A stretch of 51,061 nt of DNA, taken from Guillardia theta CCMP2712 (lineage: Eukaryota; Protista; Cryptophyta). Positions 1 through 8,642 of the stretch are shown one piece after another. The notes under the pieces are model-generated. The model ran no database searches. It was not told where the DNA came from and saw only the letters and a list, made by a program, of their open reading frames with translations. Where the stretch lies: assembly GCF_000315625.1 (NCBI RefSeq), contig NW_005434559.1:1-51061 (forward strand). The letters run 5' to 3'. Made by a program: the position numbers and the translations under genes. Numbering within the stretch: position 1 is the stretch's first letter; every line of letters starts with the position of its first letter.

Positions 1-217
1 ATCATGCATTTGAGCGCAACGTGCAACGCACTGCAATTTGAAAGAAGGGTCAATCAGAGTTGATTCTGTTCAATGGTGTATCCATTATTAGTTCCTTACC
101 TGTTCATAAAAATGTCATCATGTCTTCGAAGCATATTTGCAAGTACACTCGCGGATTGTATGAACCAAGGGCACATATTACATTACACGCTGGATGATTC
201 AAACCTTGGCCCAACCT
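1..217 (-). pseudogene. Degenerate copy (exon + intron) of the sequence at 40373-40576; runs off the left window edge
   Basis: Bases 1-204 align without gaps to 40373-40576 with about 20 mismatches by hand count. The minus frame reads FESSSV*CNMCPWFIQSASVLANMLRRHDDIFMN here and FESSIVYWNMHPWFKQSGSVLANILRRQDEIFMK in the other copy, so this copy has an in-frame stop. Both have a GTAAG donor. Confidence 0.6.
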
Positions 218-726
218 GCAGAGTTGAGAAAGAAGCTCGATCATCTCTTACAGATGTGATATGAGATCTTCATCTCATTTCTATCTCAGTTGGGTTGGAT
301 TCGAAGTCTCTCAATATCAAGGTTCATCCTCGCGAGTCAGGAAGGCACCATTTCATCGCCTCTTGCTCGTCCAGGGAGAGGGGGCTTGGGGAATGAGAAA
401 AGGGGGCTACCCCCCACCCCCTATTACGCAGTTTCAAATTCTTTCAAAGGTGGGTGGTTGAGGGTGCTCCATGCCTACCCCACCCCCCAACAACAGTCAA
501 ATGGAGGGGTTCTCGGAAGTCGAAGTTCCGACCAGTTTGGCCCTCATTTTGTACCATGTAAGAGCTGCAATTTTAAGTTGGTACCACAGATACTCCTAAA
601 ATGCGTACTTTTACATTGGTTTGGCGTGGTGAGGTGTCCACGCCACCAAATTCAAATCACCCTACCCCTCTTTGGCCCTGCACAGCAACGATTTTCATGA
701 GAGCGACTACCCTCCCACATGACTTC

Positions 727-3700
727 TCAAAGGAGGGTACTCCCAATTGGCATGGAATGAAGGGACCCCTCAGGTCCTTCGAAAAAAAAAAAATATTGCC
801 AATTTTTCCTATGAGCGCCCGGCCGGAAAAGCAACGCTATGGTGATCCGTCTTGGGGCCACGGTTGTGAACGACTTACATTTTGTGCAGTACGGGGTAAT
901 CCCTCCCCCTCCGATGGTCTCGTCGCTTGAGTCAGCCAAGGGGAGCATACATCCGATGTTTGAGCATTTTGAGCAGGTCCCTTGTTTCGTGCATGCGTTG
1001 ACGCTGAAGAAGAATCGTGTATGGTCCGCGTCCTCTAGCTCTCTAACCTTCTGCATTGGGAGATGATCCGTGAGATCACGGTATCCTGCTATCTCCCATG
1101 TTGTTTTATCCGATTCTTCTAGTGCTACAATTGCTTTCGTGATTGTGTTTGCAGGTAGCAGTGATAGAAAGATCCAGTCATCTGTCCCCTCTCGCTCGAT
1201 CCCAATCATCAGTTGCTGGTTTGCACTCCAAAATGCTCTAACGCCCCTCGTGTCTTCGCTAGATAGGGTTGCTTCGATTTGGTTGATGAGCTCGTCGGCA
1301 TTGTCGACTATCTTGCCGAGCAGTCGAAGAGCCAAGCCTTTGTGGCAACGAAGGGAGTTAGGGTGTTTTTTCTTGATGTCTTGACTTATCATCGGTTCTT
1401 TGGGAATGAAATCATTCTTGCGTCCCATTGCATTCTGGGATTCACGGCTGCCTACCGTGCCTAGCCGTGTTTGCTGCTGTTGGCAGATCTCTTGGAAAAC
1501 TTCGTTGTTTTGTTCTTCACATATCGTTCTGAACCTCTCGATCTTAGTTCGCAATTCTCTTTGTAATGTAGCTTCCGTAGGTACTCCAGTCGCTGGGCTT
1601 TGCTGTGATGCTTCCCTAAGTTTAGTCCGCAAGTTGCGGATCGATCTCTTCAAATCCATTTGTTCTTTGTTCGAATGTCGCCTTCCTCCCGTTCTGATTT
1701 TCACCTCCTTTAGTGGTAGAGAGTTGGCGAGCATCTCACAAATGTTACATTCTTGCGCCTTAGCTCGCATGTCTCGTATGTTTGCATCTAGTTGTTGCGC
1801 CCATTCGATCTTCTTCTCCTCCCACGAATCGCGATCCAGCACCCATCTGCTTTTAGGGGTTTCCCCCTTCTTCTGTCGTGAATTCATCTGGTGCACTTCT
1901 ACTCGTGGGATTAGCTGCGTCTCCTCGGACGTGAACTTGGTGTGTACTTGCACCACCAGGGCTCTGTGATCAACTGCTCCCCCTATCACACAGCCGTCGA
2001 CCGTCCACGATTGAAGGGAGATGTTTGGAAAGTTGTCCTCGTCACTTGGGGGGTGAATAGCGAGAACTGCGTCGAGTTTGGCTTCTATCAGTTCTTGTTT
2101 GTACCATGTTGAGAAGGTAAATGTTGTCCCAGTCTCGCTGATCTGTTCATATGAGAGTGTACGGTGTGCGGAAAGGTCTGCCAGGAATTTCTCGAATCTC
2201 TCATCTGCTTTTGCGGTGATAGATGAGGGGGAATATCCTCTCCGCATTGGTGTTGTTGTGTTGGTTCTTGCTGCATTAAAGTCTCCGGCTATGATGTGTG
2301 TCTCTCTCGTTCCCAGAGCGAGGTGTAGCAGCTCTGCCCACAGTTCCCCTTGCTCTCGAATCGCATTTTCCGCAGGTACCTGATGGAGGTTTGTGACTAA
2401 GAAAGAGTTTTTCCCTGTTCCGACTTTGATCGAAAACACTCGGTTTCGATATTTCTTTTCTTTGTTGCACGCCTGGTGAGCGGCAGGGGAGGGTGACGGC
2501 GACAGGGCCGCATGTACCAGCGTTACCAACCTCAGGTCTCCTTTCCCCTTCTTCGCATTGATCTTTGCAGGCCCCAGGAAGATTCTGTAGCAGGCCCAGT
2601 TCTCCTTGATCATCTTCCTTAATTTGTTCTCGTCGCGGGCCGAGACCCTTACCTCTTGTAGTAGCACAACCCCAGGTTGGAAGGACTGGATTAAGTATGC
2701 GAGGATGTGCTTGAGAACAAAGTGATTGCAACCATTCACATTTTGTGAGATGAGGAAACCTGGGTCTGAACTTTTTCGATGCATCTGCGCCCAATCATTG
2801 CCCCTTTGCTCCTCCTGCCTTTCCCCCCTCCGCTCCTTCCCTCTCTGGGAGGTTTTCTCTCCTGATTGTGCATTCTCCTCCATTTCCTCACCCAGATGTC
2901 TTGGTTGGGGCTTCGTGGAGGTCGCCTGCCGCTGGATTGCGATCGGCTGTACCTCCTCCTCAAGCTTTGTCGTCGAGGTCATCAGCCGCTGGATTGCGTG
3001 TGGCTGTACCTCCTCCTCAAGCTTTGTCGTCGAGGTCATCAGCCGCTGGATTGCGTGTGGCTGTACCTCCTCCTCAAGCTTTGTCGTCGAGGTCATCAGC
3101 CGCTGGATTGCGTTCGGCTGTACCTCCTCCTCAAGCTTTGTCGTCGATGTCAAGTTCTCTTGCACCCTCGCCTCCTTCGGCAGAGATCGCAGAATTACCT
3201 GGGCCGTTTCCTCCATCTTCTCCAGATGGGTGAGAGCTTCGATCAGTTGTGTTCTGGTTTGCATCAGCCATTCTTGCGGAGGTCTTAGTCTTGTCCTCGT
3301 TTCCATCGTTGCTAGCCAGTCTTGATTTGTCTCGCAGAGCAGTAGGGTGTGAAGGATAGCGAACACTCCGCAGTTGAAGTTATCTTCCTGTTGGAAGGCT
3401 GAGCACCACTTTACCTGCCATGGGGCGTTGGTCTGATCGTCAAAGATGTGTTCGATCACTCCGATTGTCAGCTCAGCCATTTCTCTTGCTCCGTGCTCCC
3501 CCGTTGTTGCAAGATTCCTCGCTCCCTCGATCCCTCGTGGGTCCCTCGTTGTGCTCGTTCTGTCCTCGCAGAGAGGGTCCAATATGTACGCGCATCGCCG
3601 ATCATATCTTAATGCAATTAGAATCCAGTGGTTGCTGTGGATGATAGTTGGAAACAGGAAGGTGTGTTGCTCATCTCTCAAGCTGCTGAGGTGAAATCTG

Positions 3701-4086
3701 TTCCCGACTCTCAAGCGGGACGCCTCGTCTCGCAGACTGGATATTACCCTTGGCAAGAAGATGATGTTCCGCGTTTGCTGGTCCTCGTGGGCTCTCCCTT
3801 TGCGTACCATGTGTATTGCTCGTCCTCCTTGAAGAGCCTTGCTCATCTCATTGAGAGTAACTTCGATCATGTTCTCGCATAAAAATCCGCTTACTCCTCG
3901 ATTGTTCAGGGCAGTGATGCCAAATTCCTTGTCGCCTCGTTTGTCTGACCATGGGATCTCCTCGATCCAATCAAAAAAATACAGTGTTCTATCTACATGT
4001 TGCGTTTCCTTTGAAACCGTTTCCATCTCCCCCCCTTGCCTACTCCCGGCACTCCCCCCTTCCTCCTCCCTTCCTCCTCCTGTCAT
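727..4086 (-). CDS. Retroelement-like polyprotein: Ulp1/C48 cysteine protease + 19-aa repeats + apurinic-like (EEP/APE) endonuclease + CxxC/CxxC Zn-ribbon; 3'-truncated, no RT seen
   Basis: Intronless 1119-aa ORF. The Ulp1 triad is seen in HSNHWILI (~3630), YILDPL and QQEDNFNCGVF (~3370). APE motifs occur in the correct order: SQNVNG (~2740), LLQEV, VTNLH, IIAGDFNA (~2280), TFTF, KLDAVL, VDHRAL (~1970). CSKC...CTKC lies near the C-terminus. Confidence 0.85.
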   Translation of the reverse strand: MTGGGREEEGGSAGSRQGGEMETVSKETQHVDRTLYFFDWIEEIPWSDKRGDKEFGITALNNRGVSGFLCENMIEVTLNEMSKALQGGRAIHMVRKGRAHEDQQTRNIIFLPRVISSLRDEASRLRVGNRFHLSSLRDEQHTFLFPTIIHSNHWILIALRYDRRCAYILDPLCEDRTSTTRDPRGIEGARNLATTGEHGAREMAELTIGVIEHIFDDQTNAPWQVKWCSAFQQEDNFNCGVFAILHTLLLCETNQDWLATMETRTRLRPPQEWLMQTRTQLIEALTHLEKMEETAQVILRSLPKEARVQENLTSTTKLEEEVQPNAIQRLMTSTTKLEEEVQPHAIQRLMTSTTKLEEEVQPHAIQRLMTSTTKLEEEVQPIAIQRQATSTKPQPRHLGEEMEENAQSGEKTSQRGKERRGERQEEQRGNDWAQMHRKSSDPGFLISQNVNGCNHFVLKHILAYLIQSFQPGVVLLQEVRVSARDENKLRKMIKENWACYRIFLGPAKINAKKGKGDLRLVTLVHAALSPSPSPAAHQACNKEKKYRNRVFSIKVGTGKNSFLVTNLHQVPAENAIREQGELWAELLHLALGTRETHIIAGDFNAARTNTTTPMRRGYSPSSITAKADERFEKFLADLSAHRTLSYEQISETGTTFTFSTWYKQELIEAKLDAVLAIHPPSDEDNFPNISLQSWTVDGCVIGGAVDHRALVVQVHTKFTSEETQLIPRVEVHQMNSRQKKGETPKSRWVLDRDSWEEKKIEWAQQLDANIRDMRAKAQECNICEMLANSLPLKEVKIRTGGRRHSNKEQMDLKRSIRNLRTKLREASQQSPATGVPTEATLQRELRTKIERFRTICEEQNNEVFQEICQQQQTRLGTVGSRESQNAMGRKNDFIPKEPMISQDIKKKHPNSLRCHKGLALRLLGKIVDNADELINQIEATLSSEDTRGVRAFWSANQQLMIGIEREGTDDWIFLSLLPANTITKAIVALEESDKTTWEIAGYRDLTDHLPMQKVRELEDADHTRFFFSVNACTKQGTCSKCSNIGCMLPLADSSDETIGGGGITPYCTKCKSFTTVAPRRITIALLFRPGAHRKNWQYFFFFEGPEGSLHSMPIGSTLL
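2915..3150. repeat. In-frame 57-bp tandem repeat (~4 copies) encoding TSTTKLEEEVQPHAIQRLM between the protease and the endonuclease
   Basis: Directly visible in the DNA and in the ORF translation. Confidence 0.95.
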
Positions 4087-4367
4087 GATTCGGTTTTAGA
4101 GTTGAGAGGCATCTCGGTTTTAGAGTTGAGAGGCATGATTCGGTTTTAGAGTTGAGAGGCAGTTTCGGTTTTAGAGTTGAGAGGCATGATTCGGTTTTAG
4201 AGTTGAGAGGCATGATTCGGTTTTAGAGTTGAGAGGCATGATTCGGTGTTAGAGTTGAGAGGCATGATTCGGTTTTAGAGTTGAGAGGCATGATTCGGTT
4301 TTAGAGTTGAGAGGCATGATTCGGTTTTAGAGTTGAGAGGCATGATTCGGTTTTAGAGTTGAGAGGC
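4084..4367. repeat. 26-bp tandem repeat CATGATTCGGTTTTAGAGTTGAGAGG, 11 copies
   Basis: Counted directly, with a few variant units. The leftmost unit's CAT is the start codon of the 1119-aa ORF. Confidence 0.95.
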
Positions 4368-4368
4368 A

Positions 4369-4440
4369 CTAAACCCTAAACCCTAAACCCTAAACCCTAA
4401 ACCCTAAACCCTAAACCCTAAACCCTAAACCCTAAACCCT
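4369..4440. repeat. Interstitial telomeric tract (CCCTAAA)~10
   Basis: Perfect plant-type telomere repeat; the G-rich strand is the minus strand. Confidence 0.97.
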
Positions 4441-6467
4441 GCTCAAGCTCAGCAGCTGCCGTTGCCCGTGGCGAGACCGCGCTGCCCCTCCTTGCCTTCT
4501 TGCTCTCTCCTTGCACGCGAGTCCAGCGCTTGCTCTGCAGCCACTTCCCCAGCTTCTCCTTGAGAACGTTGCGCCCAACTCCCTGCTCCTCTGGCATCTT
4601 CGCCCACTCTCCCAGCGACATGAACTCCAGGCTCCCCGGAGAGTAGAACGTGTCGTGGAGGTTGCCAACGGCCTTGTCCAGGACCAGCTTGATCGGCTCG
4701 CTCGTCCCCGCCTCGTTCAAAGAAGCTGCATCTTCGATGACTGCTGACAGCTCGCTGACGAGCTGCATGTCCTCTTGGCTTGACGGAGATGCTGCCTCCA
4801 TTGTGATCCTCTCCAGGTCTGTAAACTCCAGCCACTCTCCCTCGCTCTCCTCCTGTCGCTGCGCTGCGTCGCTGGTGCCCCGCTGACCAGCCGCCTCAGA
4901 GTCAGGCTCCTTGTCGAAGCCGACTGCTTCGAGCTTGGTTGCTGCGCCTTCGAGATAGAAGGGCAGCTCCTTCATCATGCGTCGAGCATCCTCCGTGGAG
5001 CCGAGGAGGATGCATAGCTTGGACCCGTTCCAGGACTTGGTGTTCAAATCCTCCTCCATGTCGATGCCTTCAACGTTGATCTCGAGCCTGTTAGCGATCT
5101 CCAACAAGACTCTCTTGACTCTTGCGATAGACGTGTTGCCGCCGTTGCACAGCCCCTCCATCTCCTTCCTCGTGAAGCGACCAGATGCCGCCGTCGACTT
5201 GATGATGATCTTGATCTCCTTGCCGTCCTTGCCGCCTGCCTTCTTCTGCAGTCTTGATGCCTTCTTCAACTTATTTCTGGACACAAAGCGATCCGCTGTC
5301 AACTCGACTGCGAGCGCCTCTCTGATCTTCGGGTCCTCGCTGAACAGAGTCAGGTGTACTCCCTCCATCGCTTCGCTCTCTCGGAAAGCTCGAAATGCTG
5401 TATCATTCGCCTCTGGGCAGCTCGAGGAGACGATCCACTCCACCTCCCTCTGTCTCCAGATGACGTTGGCCCCTACAGCGATGAAGCCTTTCTGACCTAA
5501 GCCTTTGTGGACTTGCTGTCCTGGCGCCCCAGCGACCAGCATGCCTGCCAGCGGCTGGAGCTGTACCGCTGCAAGGGACTGGCGCAGCAGCTGATAGCGA
5601 TAGACGGCAGCTATCTCAGCCGTTGTCATGCCGCCCAAGGTTAGCAGGTGAGTCAGCTCTGCCAAGCTGCCCCCTTTGCCCCAGGGTCCTCTCTTGGCTC
5701 GAATCTTGAAAGATCGATCGTGCACGATGCTCACATGTACAGCTGTGAACTTGCGACCATCGATCGCGAAGTCCTCTCTTCCCTGCCAGAGCTTCTCCGC
5801 TTGTGCATTGCGGAGGAAGGAAACAGTCACCGGGATCTCCTCAGCACTCGCTATCTCGGGTCTATACGGAGCCTTCCACATGATTGCTTTACTCTCTTGC
5901 ACTGAGTCTACGATCAGTCCGATCTCTTCAAATTTCTTCTTCAGCTTTTCTTCATACCGAGGAGATGCCCAGGAGAGTCATGGAGATGAAGGAAGTCACC
6001 TCGTTGCCTGCTGAGGCGGTGTATGTCTCGACCTTCTCTTTCTTGGCTTCTTCAATCTGCTGCATAAACCACTCTCTGGATGCGTCACTCCATCCAGCCA
6101 TCGCTTCTTGCAGAAGCTCACGTCGTGCCTGCTGACATGTCGAGCGGATGGCTTCTGCGATAGCGTCGGGGGTGCATCCCTCCACAACCTTGCAAGCCTG
6201 GGCTGTCCTGCTGTTCGGATAACGCTTCGCGAAGCTCTTCACCCTCTCGACGAGATCAGCTTCGAGGACAGAGGCATCCACAAGTCCGCTCTGCGTGTAT
6301 TGGCATGATCTCCGATACAGCAGGTTGCGAACATTTTCATCATACTGAGGAACCATACTTAGAAAGCTATTTGAAGTATACAAACCTCTTGCTTGCAGCT
6401 TCCTTGGCGCCCTGGCGGCTTCCCCTACACCTGACGAGGAGCCATGCTGCCGAAAATAACGGCGCCT
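4441..6467 (-). pseudogene. ORF1-like retroelement protein, copy A (two RRM-like segments); one frameshift; both ends cut by telomeric tracts
   Basis: ORFs 5952-6383 and 4418-5902 join through one frameshift near 5955-5975 (...SMTLLGIS / RYEEKLKKKFEEIGLIVDSVQ...). RRM-like patterns are LKKKFEEIGLIVDSV...VTVSF...A...IDGRKFTAV and IDMEEDLNTKSWNGSKLCILLGSTEDARR. The C-terminal GLGFRV is translated telomere repeat. Confidence 0.65.
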
Positions 6468-6545
6468 CCTAAACCCTAAACCCTAAACCCTAAACCCTAA
6501 ACCCTAAACCCTAAACCCTAAACCCTAAACCCTAAACCCTAAACC
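6468..6545. repeat. Interstitial telomeric tract (CCCTAAA)~11
   Basis: Perfect repeat. Confidence 0.97.
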
Positions 6546-7040
6546 AGGGATCTCGTGACCTGGCAGTTCGGCCCGACTTGGCTGGCCCCTATGGCAGCCT
6601 TGCTTCTGCTCTGCTCCCTTGTCTGATTATACTTCAGTGGTCTACCCCGGCGTCAGCCAGAGGAGTTTCCTCCGCTGGCCTTGGCCTGGGTCGTCCATGC
6701 TTTCAACTTGTGTTGCTTCCTCGGCTCCGACACACCTTGGCGGTCTCGGCCGGCCTTCGGCCAGTGAGTGAATGAAGGATAAGGTGGTAGGTGGAATGCG
6801 TATGGGTCTCTGGGACTCACGTCCCTTCCCCCGGGCCTCGGTCCGGACCGGGCCCGAGAGCCCGGCCGGCCTCCGCCCGGCCTCCTCCTCCCGGCCCCTC
6901 TCCCCCCTCCCCCACCGGCTTACCTGCCCTTACCTTCGTTGCTTGCCCCATGACCACCTGCTTTATTTCTTCCTCCTTCCCCCCTTTGGGCCCACAGCTC
7001 CGCTCCGCCTCTTGTCCACCTCTAAGACTTGCCTCGAGCC

Positions 7041-8332
7041 TCAAGCGCGAGAAAGGCCGGCGCCGGCCTCCTCCTCCACGCCCTCGCCCTCCTCAGCCTC
7101 CATGTCGACTTCCTCCCTCATCATCAGCCGCAGTCGGTCTTGCTTGTCGACCTTGCCCGTGCAGCTCAACCCATGGTGCTCAGCAAATTTACTGATCGCA
7201 AGAAACAAGAGGCTTACAGATCGACTCTCGATGTCATCGCTCTCGGCCTCCTGCTCGAGTGCATCAGTCGCTGCTGCCCTTGGAGAGAAGGCGCTGCCCC
7301 TCCTCGCTGCCTTGTTCCCTTGCACCCGTGTCCAGCGCTGCTCGCCGAGGTACGCTCTGAGCTTTTCTTTCAACATGTTTCGCTTCGATCCCAGCGTCGG
7401 CGTGGCTGCCCAAGCTCCGAGCGTCATGAACTCCACGTTGCCCGGCGAGCAGAAGGTGTCATGCAGCTTGCCAACACTCTTGTCTAGCTCCAGAGAGATC
7501 GGCTTGCCAGCTAGCAGCTCCTCCTCTGATGTCTCCAAGAGCATCGTCGAGAGGCCCGAGCAAGACCTGTTGATCGACTGGCCCTGACGGTGACGCTGCT
7601 TCCATGGTGATCCTGTCGATGTCGCTGAGCTTCAGCCATCCAGCCTCTTGCTGCTGCCCTTGGGGCTCTTGGGCTTGCTCCTCGCTGCTCGGGCTGCTCT
7701 CCTCCTCATGCTGAGGGTTGAGCTTAAAACTAGGGCCACCGCTTCGAGCTTGACTTCCAGGATCCCTTCCAAGTAGAAGGGCATGTCGTCCATCAAGCGT
7801 CGAGCACTCTGCCTTGGTCGCCAGGGAGAGAGCTATCAGGCTCCCATCCCAGCTGAGCGTGTCACGATCCTCCTCGACCTCGACGCTGACCAGCCTAAAC
7901 CCTAAACCCTAAACCCTAAACCCTAAACCCTTGGTCGGGAGAAACCCTAAACCATAAACCCGAAACCCTTAACCCGCGACTCTGAGCTCCATTCGCTCAG
8001 AGAGTCTTCAAACAGGTCGCGTCTCGCCTGCCGACATGTCGGTAGTGCATCCCCCCTCAGCTCTGCAAGCATGAGCTGTCCTACCGTACTACCAGGATAT
8101 CGCTTCGCGAAGCTCTTTATCATCTCGACGAGGTCGGCGGCCTCTTCGACGTGGCCTCCAGAGCGCACGCCCTGCGTGTATTGGCATGATCTCCGATACA
8201 GCAGGTTGCGAACGCTCTCATCATACTGTAGTACCATACTAAAAAAGCTTTTTGAACTATACCAGCACTTGCTCCGACTCGCAGCTTCCTCCGATCCCCT
8301 TGTGCTCCCCCTACGCGCCTTAGGATCTGCAT
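7041..8332 (-). pseudogene. ORF1-like retroelement protein, copy B; frameshifted, with a ~1 kb internal deletion filled by telomeric repeats
   Basis: Homologous to copy A: QYDESVRNLLYRRSCQYTQ vs QYDENVRNLLYRRSCQYTQ, MPFYLEG..KLEAV vs LPFYLEG..KLEAV, and LDKSVGKLHDTFCSPGNVEFMTLGAWA vs LDKAVGNLHDTFYSPGSLEFMSLGEWA. Confidence 0.8.
7894..7975. repeat. Interstitial telomeric tract: ~5 perfect CCCTAAA units, a 10-bp insert, then ~4-5 degenerate units
   Basis: 7894-7931 is perfect. 7942-7975 reads aaaccctaaaccataaacccgaaacccttaaccc. Confidence 0.92.
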
Positions 8333-8349
8333 CCTAAACCCTAAACCCC
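8333..8349. repeat. Short telomeric tract (~2.5 units) at the 5' boundary of ORF1 copy B
   Basis: cctaaaccctaaacccc. Confidence 0.8.
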
Positions 8350-8642
8350 AAGAGGATTTCATAGCTAAGAACTGTTGCTCTCTGCTCATCTTTCGCCTAT
8401 TCATCCGTCTGAAGGGGTTCCCTGGGAACCCTAGAACACATATTTAACTAGTTCATAAAATATTAATCATCGGTCCGCGGCATGACCAATGCTCAAAAGG
8501 TTTCTCAGGGAGCTCTCAGCATCGCTCTTGGCTTGATTTGCTTCAGCTCGGCATCTGCCTGGCATTGTCTTGAGTACAAGCAGAGGGCGGCTTGGAAGCG
8601 CTGCTGCTTGCGAATACGAGGGGAGGGGGCTCATTGACAAGT

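Larger units (their letters stand above)
727..8349 (-). mobile_element. Cluster of non-LTR retrotransposon-like fragments separated by interstitial telomeric tracts
   Basis: Intronless APE/Ulp1 ORF plus two homologous ORF1-like copies, all on the minus strand, with (CCCTAAA)n tracts at the junctions. Confidence 0.75.

Noticed and set aside
260-726. Frameshifted reverse transcriptase continuing the Ulp1-APE ORF
   Set aside because: All minus frames close quickly and no RT motifs were found.
4084-4367. CRISPR array (the unit contains GTTTTAGAG, like the start of type II-A repeats)
   Set aside because: The units are contiguous with no unique spacers, no cas genes are present, and the context is eukaryotic.
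4369-4440. True chromosome end
   Set aside because: The tract is short and flanked by unique sequence on both sides. At most it is a fossil end.
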